Sequence record: SRR22947725_833
Direction: 5' to 3' (one strand)
DNA: 64,000 nucleotides
Shown: positions 52,871-62,877 of the stretch, in pieces
How positions within the stretch are numbered: the stretch's first letter is position 1
Layout of the letters: every line of letters begins with the position of its first letter
Position numbers and translations under genes: made by a program
Notes under the pieces: model-generated
Told to the model about the DNA's origin: nothing
Database searches by the model: none
The model's input: only the letters and a program-made list of their open reading frames with translations

Positions 52871-54187
52871 ATGTCTAATGCAAAAGAAATAGGCCTAAAA
52901 GGCTCGGCAACTTCAGTAATAGAAAATTTTAGGAATCTTTCTCCTTCTGAGAGAATCTATCACATATCAAAAATAACTCATCTTTCTAATTATGAGCTAT
53001 CAAACTTATTAGAATCAAACCGCTTACCCTTAGATACCGCAAATGCAATGATTGAAAATGTAATAGGGAAAATTGAAATACCCTTAGGCATTGCAACAAA
53101 CTTTAAAATAAATCTAAAAGATTATCTAATCCCAATGGCCATAGAAGAACCATCTGTAGTTGCAGCAGCATCTAATATGGCAAAATTAATTAGAAGTTCT
53201 GGAGGTTTTACAGCTTCTAGTGATGAACCAATAATGAGAGCTCAAATACAAATTCTAGATGTAGCTGAAAGTGAAAAAGCGACGTTAAGTTTAAAAAAGC
53301 TTGAGGAACAGATCATTAAATTAGCAAACTCAAAGGATAAAACTTTAATTAAGTTGGGAGGAGGATGCAAAGCAGTTGAAGTTCACTCTTTTAGTGATAC
53401 CAAGGTTGGTCCAATGATTGTTTTACACCTATTAGTGGATGTGCGTGATGCAATGGGTGCGAATACTGTCAATACAATGGCTGAGACAGTGTCTCCCCTG
53501 ATAGAGAAAATTACTGGTGGCCGTGTACGATTAAGAATCTTATCTAATTTAGCTGATAGGCGACTTGCAAAAGCATCTGTAAAAATACCTTTTTCAACGT
53601 TAGGCCATCGCCATTTCTCTGGTGAAGAAGTTGCTAACGGAATTATCGAGGCCTGTGCTCTCGCCGAAGTGGACCCCTACCGAGCAGCCACCCATAATAA
53701 GGGTATCATGAATGGAATTGATTCTGTTGTTTTAGCGACAGGAAACGATTGGCGAGCAATTGAAGCAGGCGCTCATGCATGGGCAGCCAGGAACGGTCGA
53801 TATTCTTCTTTAACAAATTGGGAAATAGATGACTTTGGGTACTTACTTGGATCGATAGAAATACCTATGGCAGTAGGGTTAGTCGGTGGAGCAACAGCAA
53901 CACACCCTACTTCAAAATCATGTATAAATTTATTAGGTGTCCGCTCTTCCAGTGAGTTTGGACAAGTTCTTGCTGCTGTTGGATTGGCTCAAAACCTGGG
54001 TGCACTACGTGCGTTAGCAACGGAAGGTATTCAAAGGGGTCATATGACGTTGCATGCTAAGAATATAGCTATTGCCGCTGGTGCTGTAGGCTCAGAAATT
54101 GATTCTGTTTCTAAAGAAATGATTCACAAAAAAGATATTTCTCTGGATATAGCGGCCTCATTGTTAGTAAAAAAAACTGTATACTAG
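52871..54187 (+). CDS. mvaA: Class II hydroxymethylglutaryl-CoA reductase (degradative, NAD-type)
   Basis: ENVIG, MAIEEPSVVAA, DAMGAN, THNKGIMNG, GNDWRA, EGIQRGHM.LH. Confidence 0.93.
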   Translation: MSNAKEIGLKGSATSVIENFRNLSPSERIYHISKITHLSNYELSNLLESNRLPLDTANAMIENVIGKIEIPLGIATNFKINLKDYLIPMAIEEPSVVAAASNMAKLIRSSGGFTASSDEPIMRAQIQILDVAESEKATLSLKKLEEQIIKLANSKDKTLIKLGGGCKAVEVHSFSDTKVGPMIVLHLLVDVRDAMGANTVNTMAETVSPLIEKITGGRVRLRILSNLADRRLAKASVKIPFSTLGHRHFSGEEVANGIIEACALAEVDPYRAATHNKGIMNGIDSVVLATGNDWRAIEAGAHAWAARNGRYSSLTNWEIDDFGYLLGSIEIPMAVGLVGGATATHPTSKSCINLLGVRSSSEFGQVLAAVGLAQNLGALRALATEGIQRGHMTLHAKNIAIAAGAVGSEIDSVSKEMIHKKDISLDIAASLLVKKTVY

Positions 54188-54254
54188 TATGAGGCGGTTA
54201 TGAACTACTTAGAAACACATACAGGTACTAAAATAGTTATTTTTTTGATGGTAA

Positions 54255-55070
54255 TTAATTAAACTTAACCTCTATACCTCTAAGTCTAATACCATGTAAC
54301 TCTGTACTCCATACTTCATCACCCTTAATACTAAAAGCTCCTGTCAATGTGCCAGTAGTAACTAAATCTCCTGGATTAAGGGTGACCTGACGTCCTAAAT
54401 TTCTGCTATCTAGTAAAATATGCCGAAGTGCCTCTAACGGCCCAAATTCAAGAACGTTGGAAGCATGACCTTTATCTACCTCCTTTCCATTACAGGACAA
54501 GGTAATATTAAAGCTAGATAGCTCTTCAAGCCATATACTTTTTTCGACTTTTAATATCTCAAAAAACGGACCGCATAATAAAGCCCCATGCAGTCCAAAA
54601 GCAGCAATAGTATCCACCGTTGTAAACTGCCAATCTTTAAAGATAGAATGCACAATTTCAAATCCATGCGAAACATGAGAGATACAGTCTATTAATTCGT
54701 CATTACTCATGTTAGCTTGAGGAGTCTTTTTTAACTTGAAAATAATTTCTGGCTCTATTTTAGGTTCTAATAGCCCCTCTATAGAGAAGGTTTTGTTAAT
54801 AGGCTTAACAGTGCTGTTATAAATCGTTCCAACAATGGGAGCGGAAGCATTATACTCTTTCCAAATATTTCTATTTGTGAAACCCACCTTCAATCCAACA
54901 GCATACTCTTTTCTATCTGCCCTTAGGCGTTCAATTTCTTGAGCGATACTATAGGCATCTGGAAGTGTTAAAAATGGGAATTTATTAGAAATTAAATCAA
55001 TCTGTTTGGTCGCGTCTAAAGCCGCAAGGATCTTCACAGAAAGCTCTTTTATTTTAATTTCGTCTAACAA
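54255..55070 (-). CDS. Fumarylacetoacetate-hydrolase family hydratase/decarboxylase (MhpD-like)
   Basis: DAY.I, GLKVGFTN, PKIEPEI.F, FEIVHS, L.PGDLVTTGTLT. Confidence 0.85.
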   Translation of the reverse strand: MLDEIKIKELSVKILAALDATKQIDLISNKFPFLTLPDAYSIAQEIERLRADRKEYAVGLKVGFTNRNIWKEYNASAPIVGTIYNSTVKPINKTFSIEGLLEPKIEPEIIFKLKKTPQANMSNDELIDCISHVSHGFEIVHSIFKDWQFTTVDTIAAFGLHGALLCGPFFEILKVEKSIWLEELSSFNITLSCNGKEVDKGHASNVLEFGPLEALRHILLDSRNLGRQVTLNPGDLVTTGTLTGAFSIKGDEVWSTELHGIRLRGIEVKFN

Positions 55071-55160
55071 TTATAAACACCTTTATAAATCAACAAAAAT
55101 TTAATCTAAGAGACATTAAAATCATAAATATTTACCGCGATTTGACAGCAAAAATCTTTA

Positions 55161-55856
55161 TTAACGACCTCTAATTTTTCGTAATAATGTCCCTATTCCA
55201 TACTTAGGTGATGGATCATATAGATGACATAAAAATGTCAACCTGCTCTCACTTTTTTCAGACACATAGTTATTCCCATGGAGGGTGGTAGTCCCAAAAA
55301 AAGCCAATGGCCTATAATCATCAAAGTATTCTGTCAGTACCTGTGTCTTTTTTGAAATCAAATCAAAACCAACTTCTGAAGCATATCGTTTCCAATATAC
55401 TTTTTGAAGAATATTAGTGATTTCATATTTTGGAAATTTACGAGCATTTGGTGCTGCCTTTAATTCTCCCCTTTCTACCAAACCGTCTTTTGCACTAGGT
55501 ATTCTTATAGGCAGAACTATCGTAAGCAAATGAGAGTCAAAATGTGCACGATATTTCTCAGATGATTGACCAGGGTTAACTTTTCTAGCTACAAAATATC
55601 GATCAGATTTTTTAATTTTAACTTTTAAATCTTTTGTTGCTTTCTCATATACTCTTTCAAATAAAGGTTCTAGGTTCATAAGTCCAACCAACTTTTTATG
55701 TGACACATTATTTGTTGAATAAGTTTTTAATCCAATTTCCTCAAAAGCCTCATTAATAATATTATTTTGATCAAGAAGTTTCTTTATTGGGGGAAGATAT
55801 GAAAATCCCTGGTCAAAAATTTCTTTACAAGAACCATCAATATCATATTCGTACAT
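55161..55856 (-). CDS. Hypothetical protein, possible 2OG-Fe(II) oxygenase fold
   Basis: HxD in RAHFDSH, distal His in TLHGN, downstream Arg in SRLT. Confidence 0.55.
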   Translation of the reverse strand: MYEYDIDGSCKEIFDQGFSYLPPIKKLLDQNNIINEAFEEIGLKTYSTNNVSHKKLVGLMNLEPLFERVYEKATKDLKVKIKKSDRYFVARKVNPGQSSEKYRAHFDSHLLTIVLPIRIPSAKDGLVERGELKAAPNARKFPKYEITNILQKVYWKRYASEVGFDLISKKTQVLTEYFDDYRPLAFFGTTTLHGNNYVSEKSESRLTFLCHLYDPSPKYGIGTLLRKIRGR

Positions 55857-56008
55857 AAAGCTACCTCATTAAACTATTTAATAGAAAAACTTTTTTAACC
55901 ATCCAAAATAAGTAATAGAGTTATATTCTGTGTTATTCCATAGAAAAAAGATAAGTATTCTTCTTAAAAGTAGTTCAAAACCTTAAAAAATGTTTTAGAG
56001 AAAGTTTA

Positions 56009-57418
56009 TTAAACTTTACCCAAATTAATTTTTATAAGGTGTGTCACCTCTTTCAACTTTTCCACGACTAACTGCTTATTTGCGATACTCTCAATATTTA
56101 ATCTAAGTAAGGGCTCTGTATTAGATGCTCTTAAATTCATTCTCCAGTTCTTCATACTTATGCTCACACCATCAGTTGTATCGATTGAAGCTTGATCCTT
56201 TTTATAATAATTCGAAATAAATTCGATCATTTCTTTTGTATCATTCACAATAAAATTGTGTTCTCCAGACGAGGGAAAAGCGCTAACCTGAGCACCCACC
56301 AATAATGATAGTGATTGTTCGGCTTGACTCATCATGGAGCAGACCAAAAGCCAAGGGACCATCCCACTATCGCAGAAGAAAAAGTCCCTAAAATAATGAT
56401 GAGCGGATATTTCTCCCCCATAGATTGCATTATGCTGACGCATAGATTTTTTAATAAATGCGTGCCCTGTTCTGGATTGGACACATTTCCCATTTAACTT
56501 TTTTACAATGTCCTCAATATTCCAAATAATACGAGGATCATGAACAATGGTGGCCTCTGCCTCTTTATTAAGGAATGTAGATGCCAATAATCCAATAATA
56601 TGTTCGCCAGAAACAAACTTTCCCTTCTCGTCAAAGAAAAAACATCGGTCAAAATCACCATCAAAAGCTATACCTAAATCAGCACCCTCTCTAAGCACTG
56701 CGTTACTTGTAATAATCTGGTTTTCTAAAATCATTGGATTTGGAATTCCGTTTGGAAAGGTTCCATCTGGCTTGTAAAAAAGTTTAATAAATTTAAGTTT
56801 TTTTGTTTTAAAGGCCCCTTGCTTTACTATTGAATCGAAAGTTGGTCCCGCGGCGCCATTTCCAAAATTAACTACTATTTTTAATGGTCGGAAAGTACAG
56901 TCATCAACAAATGAAATAATCTTTGAGCAATACGCACTTCTATTCAAAGAAGATATATCTTTTACATTTCTCTCCTTTGGGTTGATAGAAAGTTGATCTA
57001 AGCGCTCAGCTACTCGTTTTATTTCGAAAAACTCATTTTCTTGATCAAGAGGCCTTGATTTTGACTTAACCATTTTCAAACCGTTATAATCAATCGGATT
57101 GTGTGACCCAGTAACAATTATTCCACCGTCAGCATCAAAGTGACTGGTAGCAAAATACATTTCTTCAGTCCCACAAAGCCCTAGATATAAAACTTTTGTT
57201 CCTTCATCATTTAACCCTTTAACAAGACTTTGGGCCAATTTATGAGATGACAACCTAGCGTCATAACCAACAACAACACAACTAGCTTTAAGAACCTTTG
57301 AAAATGAAATTCCTATTCGATAGCAAACATCTCCATCAAATTCAGTGTCTATTTTTCCGCGCACGTCATATGCGTTAAAACAACTTAATTCACGTACTAT
57401 AGGCTCACTCTTGGTCAT
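56009..57418 (-). CDS. manB: Phosphomannomutase / phosphoglucomutase
   Basis: AYDVRG, TGSHNP, AFDGDFDR, GEISAH, RASNTEP. Confidence 0.93.
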   Translation of the reverse strand: MTKSEPIVRELSCFNAYDVRGKIDTEFDGDVCYRIGISFSKVLKASCVVVGYDARLSSHKLAQSLVKGLNDEGTKVLYLGLCGTEEMYFATSHFDADGGIIVTGSHNPIDYNGLKMVKSKSRPLDQENEFFEIKRVAERLDQLSINPKERNVKDISSLNRSAYCSKIISFVDDCTFRPLKIVVNFGNGAAGPTFDSIVKQGAFKTKKLKFIKLFYKPDGTFPNGIPNPMILENQIITSNAVLREGADLGIAFDGDFDRCFFFDEKGKFVSGEHIIGLLASTFLNKEAEATIVHDPRIIWNIEDIVKKLNGKCVQSRTGHAFIKKSMRQHNAIYGGEISAHHYFRDFFFCDSGMVPWLLVCSMMSQAEQSLSLLVGAQVSAFPSSGEHNFIVNDTKEMIEFISNYYKKDQASIDTTDGVSISMKNWRMNLRASNTEPLLRLNIESIANKQLVVEKLKEVTHLIKINLGKV

Positions 57419-58248
57419 GAAGCTAGGAAACCAGCTTTTTTTGCAGCATATATAATCGCCTCCAGATAACCCTGAAAAGAACCGCAGTCAAATCGATGTT
57501 CATTAAATAAAACTGAACCTAAAATCTTACTTTCTGCCATACTATTCAGGGCATCTGCTAGCTGAATTTCTTCATTATATCCTGCTTTTTGTATTCTTAA
57601 GATGTCGAATATTTCGGGAACTAGTAAGTAACGCCCTATGGAAGCTAAATTAGAGGTAGCATCTTTATAATTAGGTTTTTCTATTACTCCCAAAACTTGA
57701 TCGCCTCCTTTTTGAACTTCAACCACCCCATAATTTGAAATTTTTGGCCCATTAACCTCCATTACTGAAAGCTGAGGGTTTTGAGTTCTATCGTAGACGT
57801 CTACCAAATCTTTTGATGCACTGACCCCATCAGTTAATAGAAAATCATCCGGCAACAAAACTAAGAAAGGTTCATCGCCAACTACTCCTTCTGCACACAT
57901 AATAGCGTGACCGAGACCAAGCTGTTGGGATTGGTGGACAAAAATACATTCAACATTTTTAGGAAGAATATTGCGTATAATATCTAACTGTTTATACTTT
58001 TGAGCCTTTTCTAAGGCTAACTCCAAGTCAGAATTCTTATTAAAATATTCTTCAATTGCTCGCTTATTCTTACCAGTAATAAATATTAATGTGTCACATC
58101 CTGCATCAATAGCTTCTTCAACAGCATATTGTATTAATGGTTTATTTATAACTGGCAGCAACTCTTTTGGCATCGTTTTTGTAACTGGTAAGAAACGAGT
58201 TCCGAACCCTGCTACTGGGAATACCGCTTTTCGGACTCTTATTACCAT
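57415..58248 (-). CDS. galU: UTP-glucose-1-phosphate uridylyltransferase
   Basis: KAVFPVAGFGTRFLP.TK..PKE, LGLGHA, EKP, IQLADA, FDCGS. Confidence 0.95.
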   Translation of the reverse strand: MVIRVRKAVFPVAGFGTRFLPVTKTMPKELLPVINKPLIQYAVEEAIDAGCDTLIFITGKNKRAIEEYFNKNSDLELALEKAQKYKQLDIIRNILPKNVECIFVHQSQQLGLGHAIMCAEGVVGDEPFLVLLPDDFLLTDGVSASKDLVDVYDRTQNPQLSVMEVNGPKISNYGVVEVQKGGDQVLGVIEKPNYKDATSNLASIGRYLLVPEIFDILRIQKAGYNEEIQLADALNSMAESKILGSVLFNEHRFDCGSFQGYLEAIIYAAKKAGFLAS

Positions 58249-58317
58249 TCTATAGATTCCTCATGAATATTTTATGTTTGTTAAGCTCTAAACTTTAATT
58301 GTTAATGCCTCAATCAA

Positions 58318-59391
58318 TTATGTAATTCTACCAGTTCGTACTAATTTACGCGAACGAAGTAGGTATACCAAGAGATGATAAATAAGTAGAAATAGAAAAC
58401 TAATTAAGGTTACGGTACAAAGAGAATAATAATTATCTTGAATAAATAAAATACCAAGAAAGATAGGTGTAGCAGCCATAGGTAAAACAATTATAGTTGC
58501 AATCGGGTTTGCAAGATTTTGTTGAATTTTTCCTCGGGAAATTAATTGAATCCCCCGCATAATCACATGATGGAAATGCATTTGATCAGGTTGATCAATA
58601 GCTACGTTGCTGACCCAACGTCGTAAAATTGAAAATACTGTATCAATAATCGGCCATAAAAAAATACACAGGATAGCCCAAGCAGAGATTTCAGGGTGTC
58701 GTGATATAAGTATAATTGCCACCCAGACTGTTATATGACCAAGCGTGTAAGCACCAGAATCACCAAGAAAAATTAGACCCTTGGGGAAATTCCATATTAA
58801 AAAACCCATTGTAGATATAGAAATTATTAAAGAGAAAAAGCCAAGGTCTTTCTCCCCTACGGAGAAGGATATTATTGATAACCCTATTGATATTAGTAAA
58901 ATAATGCCTGAGGCTAAACCATTCATCCCATCTATTAGGTTAATAGACTGAGAAACTCCACAGGATGCAAAAGCTGTAAATAAAATTGCAAACGGTGAGT
59001 AGGTCAACAAAAAACTAATAACACTTAAATCTATGTCAGTTAACCAAACACTTGTTAAGAAAACTGCTATTAGTCCCGACATCAACCCGAACAGTAACCT
59101 TATATAAGGTTTAATGGAATAACCAAAGTCCTCTAGGGCACCTACTAAAAAAATTGGAAAGGAGGAAATCATAATAAAAACTGATATGGAGTTCTGATCA
59201 TATAAAACAAATAGCGTAACTGATAAAAGGATAGCAAAACCACCCCATCTAGTGGTTACCTTCGAGTGCGTAGCCTGTTTCGCAGAAATAGCCTCGTGAG
59301 ATTTTTGAGAGACGGTTAAAGCAGATTTACAGAGTATGCCTGTCAATCCAGTTGAAAAAATAAACACAATTAAACTAATAATAAAAAACAA
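58318..59391 (-). CDS. MraY/WecA-family polyprenyl-phosphate HexNAc-1-phosphate transferase
   Basis: Polytopic membrane protein; NLIDGMNGL, IFLGDSGA, D.MHFHH. The start codon is uncertain (TTG). Confidence 0.88.
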   Translation of the reverse strand: MFFIISLIVFIFSTGLTGILCKSALTVSQKSHEAISAKQATHSKVTTRWGGFAILLSVTLFVLYDQNSISVFIMISSFPIFLVGALEDFGYSIKPYIRLLFGLMSGLIAVFLTSVWLTDIDLSVISFLLTYSPFAILFTAFASCGVSQSINLIDGMNGLASGIILLISIGLSIISFSVGEKDLGFFSLIISISTMGFLIWNFPKGLIFLGDSGAYTLGHITVWVAIILISRHPEISAWAILCIFLWPIIDTVFSILRRWVSNVAIDQPDQMHFHHVIMRGIQLISRGKIQQNLANPIATIIVLPMAATPIFLGILFIQDNYYSLCTVTLISFLFLLIYHLLVYLLRSRKLVRTGRIT

Positions 59392-59484
59392 ACCAATATT
59401 CCATAAAACTATTACCTCTCATATAGATTATTAATTTAAAGTGTTACACTTATAAATTAATAATCTAAGGAAATAAGGATAGAA

Positions 59485-60315
59485 TTAGTTATTTTTTTTT
59501 CTTAGAAATAGCCTGTAAATTAATGATAATCCAATTTTTGGCATTAAAACTGAGATAATACTAATAAAAATATTTGTGACTAAATAGTATGAATTAATAA
59601 AGCCTAAACGGTATATTGTTACAAAAGTATTTATTTGGTCCTTAGCGTTTCTAAATTTTTTTCTTTTACCTAACATTTTCGCACCTGCTCGTACTTGAAC
59701 TAAAACTTCTGGTATATTGTCTATGATTGCTCCAACACTTAGCATTCTTATAATTAAATCCCAATCTTCCGAGTGTCGTTTTGAAGGATATCCACCGGCC
59801 ATTAGATACATCTCTTTTTTGAACATTAATGTTACATGATTTGTGGGGTTTCGTCTTTTAGTAAATTTTAAAATATTATCCATGCCCAACGGAACACTAC
59901 GAACAATACCTAGGTCTCCTGGAGACCTTTCAAATTCTTCTATAAGCCCCCCAATTACATCAATATCTTTAACCAAAAACTCCTCTAATTGCCTTTCAAA
60001 TCTTTTTGGTGATGAAATATCATCTGCATCCATAACAGCAATCAGCGAGTTTCTTGATGAAAGGACAGCATGGTGTTTTGCCGTACCAGGTCCAACATTT
60101 ATCTTCAATTTTATAATCCGTATCAAACAATTCATAGAAATCTTATCTAAGAATTTTCTTAGCTCAGGGCCTAAAGGCCCATCAGCAACAATAATTATTT
60201 CGTCCGGAGGACAAGTTTGGACCAACAGACTATCAACCGCCTGGTTAAATGGATCAACTAAATCTCCAGAAAACACAGACATTACAGCACTAAATTTTTG
60301 CGACTCTACTTCCAT
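59485..60315 (-). CDS. Glycosyltransferase family 2 (AmsE-like)
   Basis: FSAVMSVF, QT.PPDEII.V.DGP, MDADD, NHVTLMF, SED..L. Confidence 0.9.
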   Translation of the reverse strand: MEVESQKFSAVMSVFSGDLVDPFNQAVDSLLVQTCPPDEIIIVADGPLGPELRKFLDKISMNCLIRIIKLKINVGPGTAKHHAVLSSRNSLIAVMDADDISSPKRFERQLEEFLVKDIDVIGGLIEEFERSPGDLGIVRSVPLGMDNILKFTKRRNPTNHVTLMFKKEMYLMAGGYPSKRHSEDWDLIIRMLSVGAIIDNIPEVLVQVRAGAKMLGKRKKFRNAKDQINTFVTIYRLGFINSYYLVTNIFISIISVLMPKIGLSLIYRLFLRKKNN

Positions 60316-60490
60316 TTTCTAAATACTCACTAACACCTGCATGTCTCAGAGCTTTTCAGTAATCCTACCTTTAAGATCAGTACATCAATTAAATTTCTAG
60401 GATTACTTGCTTGCTCTATTTTATTTATAATGTAAACGTTTTTTAAAAACTTGGTTACTATTCCAATTGAGATTAACTATTTTGAAAGTG

Positions 60491-61795
60491 ATGTTAAAAA
60501 TGGGAGACGTAATTCAAAAAAAAAACATTGTTCTCTTAAGCTCTTTCGCTTTAGCCCCTTTATTGGGCTCCACTGTGCTTCTTTTTGTTCTATTTTTAGT
60601 CTTATACACGGCAAAAAATTTTACCTTTAATAAACCCTGGTTTAGAGCGTATTTACCAATTAGAATAATTGGGTTAGCTTTGATCGCGTATTTTTGCTGT
60701 TTTGCAATATTAGAACTTATTCATTCAGAAAATTTACAAACTACCACAATAGCTCTTGGAAAAATATTTCCAATTTTTGTAATAGGTCTGCTTGGACTAT
60801 TCCTAGATATTAAAAAATGTACTATAAAATATCTAGATATAGGGAATGCTGCTATTATAGGAGTATATTTGACTATTTTCTGCGCTTTATTTTTTAAGTT
60901 TTTGTTCAGTGAGTATGGCTTTGTAATAAATGACCTAGATGCTCACGGTCGTCTCACTATGTTTTCAGGTAACGCCCTTCCATTTGGGACAATGTTTATC
61001 ACTCTATCTTTTTTAACATTGGTAGGATTTACCGGTAAGTCACCACCAAAGAAACTTATAGCTGTATTTGCATTTATAATTGGTATTCTAACAGTTTGGC
61101 TATGGAATCAGTCTAGAGGACCTAGCTTATCGACTCTACCACTACTTTTTGTAACCCTTTGTATTATAATTATCTATTTTAACTTCTACAGAAAAATATT
61201 ATTTTATTTAATTTTAGCCCTACTAACCATAATCTTATCAATGGTATTTTATTATCTCAACGATTCCATAATTAATTTCTTACACGTTTCACCCCCTATG
61301 GGAATGATAGATTCTGCAACCACTTACGAGAAGTGGTGGTACGCATACAAAACTTTTTTGGATGGCAAACCATACGATATTTCAGTTTACACGAGAATGG
61401 TAATGTATTCAGCAAGTATGCAAACATTTTTTGCATCTCCCCTCATTGGACACGGACTAGACGGAATGGGCGTAGCCATATTACCATTCTTGCCTCCAGA
61501 ATGGGCAGAACTTACCTATCGGCATTTTCATAATGTATTTATTAACCATTTACTGGCAGGGGGAATATTTGGTCTAATAGCTCTCATAATCTTGTTAGTT
61601 AGCCCATTGATAACTTTATATTACAATAAAAATGAAAAACATATTGATGCGATCCTTTGTTCTTTTATCATAATAACCGCAATGATTTTCAACGGATTGA
61701 CTAATCTGATTTTTTTCCATGATTTAATGGGAGCTTTTTTTGCCATTTTAATTTTAATAAATAGTATTGCCAGCTACAATAAAAAGTATACTTAA
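60491..61795 (+). CDS. O-antigen ligase / Wzy_C family membrane protein
   Basis: Many TM helices; QSRG motif, S...R..MY, SPLIGHG, HFHN.FI..L..GG.FG. Confidence 0.85.
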   Translation: MLKMGDVIQKKNIVLLSSFALAPLLGSTVLLFVLFLVLYTAKNFTFNKPWFRAYLPIRIIGLALIAYFCCFAILELIHSENLQTTTIALGKIFPIFVIGLLGLFLDIKKCTIKYLDIGNAAIIGVYLTIFCALFFKFLFSEYGFVINDLDAHGRLTMFSGNALPFGTMFITLSFLTLVGFTGKSPPKKLIAVFAFIIGILTVWLWNQSRGPSLSTLPLLFVTLCIIIIYFNFYRKILFYLILALLTIILSMVFYYLNDSIINFLHVSPPMGMIDSATTYEKWWYAYKTFLDGKPYDISVYTRMVMYSASMQTFFASPLIGHGLDGMGVAILPFLPPEWAELTYRHFHNVFINHLLAGGIFGLIALIILLVSPLITLYYNKNEKHIDAILCSFIIITAMIFNGLTNLIFFHDLMGAFFAILILINSIASYNKKYT

Positions 61796-61801
61796 TGAAA
61801 A

Positions 61802-62818
61802 TTAAGATTTATTAAATATACTTTTTGCTAACTCTTTTGAAGAGCCTTTACCAAGCACTGTTAATAAGCATAATATTAACCCCTTTACGCCCCCCCAAAA
61901 GAAGCCAATTGACCGACGATCTCCTCTAACACTCATCAGCATGTAGGCAACCAACTGACCTAATGTCATCCATATGAATAAAAACCTCGATAAGTCTCTA
62001 TTGAGGCTTACAAAGTAAAACCTCATAATAACTAAACTTAAGCCATAGTATATTCCTGTTTTTAATGACATTTCTGAGTATGTTTGATTATGATTCACGT
62101 GAGCATCCTTCGCTACTATTAAGCGGTAGGAATGATGTAATGGATAACTATAGATTAAATCTTCACATGCAGCCCAATTAGTAGAAAAATCAATTGGGTG
62201 CTCGTGGTTTTCGATTATAGATCTTTCCCAACCAGTTGCTCCTCCAATTAGCCACTCTGTTTCTATTACTTTCAAAGTAGGGAAGTATGTTGCGGCATAA
62301 CCGGCTTTACTTACACCACCTTTTTCAGAAATACCCATGTAAAATATTTTTCTATAAATTGAATCTTTAGGGATCTCTGCATCTACCACATTTAAACTCA
62401 TTCCACCTAACGGAAGACCAGGCTTCGATTTTTCTAGATTCCAACATATAAGAAAATTTTCTAACGAGTCCTCGTGAAGTGTTATATCGTCATCCAAATT
62501 GATAACCACCTTTATTTTTTTATCAAGGTAACTGTATGCATAATTCCTTTGCAAAACTTGACCCATGTAAGGTGACTTAAGATATATTATATTTAGATCA
62601 CTTATATATTTTTCCATGATCTCTGGAGCAAAAGTTCCGCTCTCACAAACAATTATTTGAAACGGTTTTTTTGTTTGTTTCCTTAAACTATCTAGTAGGC
62701 GGTCTACATTTCTATGTTGATTTTTTGTTGGACACACTATTGCAATTTCCGAGAAAAAAATTTTCGAACTTTTTGAGATTATTCTCAAATTATTTTTTTC
62801 TGATTTAATTACATTCAT
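61802..62818 (-). CDS. Glycosyltransferase family 2
   Basis: IAIVCPTKN, SL.KQT, QRN, NLDDD (DxD), ED..YS. Confidence 0.85.
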   Translation of the reverse strand: MNVIKSEKNNLRIISKSSKIFFSEIAIVCPTKNQHRNVDRLLDSLRKQTKKPFQIIVCESGTFAPEIMEKYISDLNIIYLKSPYMGQVLQRNYAYSYLDKKIKVVINLDDDITLHEDSLENFLICWNLEKSKPGLPLGGMSLNVVDAEIPKDSIYRKIFYMGISEKGGVSKAGYAATYFPTLKVIETEWLIGGATGWERSIIENHEHPIDFSTNWAACEDLIYSYPLHHSYRLIVAKDAHVNHNQTYSEMSLKTGIYYGLSLVIMRFYFVSLNRDLSRFLFIWMTLGQLVAYMLMSVRGDRRSIGFFWGGVKGLILCLLTVLGKGSSKELAKSIFNKS

Positions 62819-62877
62819 TATTTATAACAGTTTACATTGTTTTTAAATTTAAAACTTACTTTTTACTTTTCTGCAAT

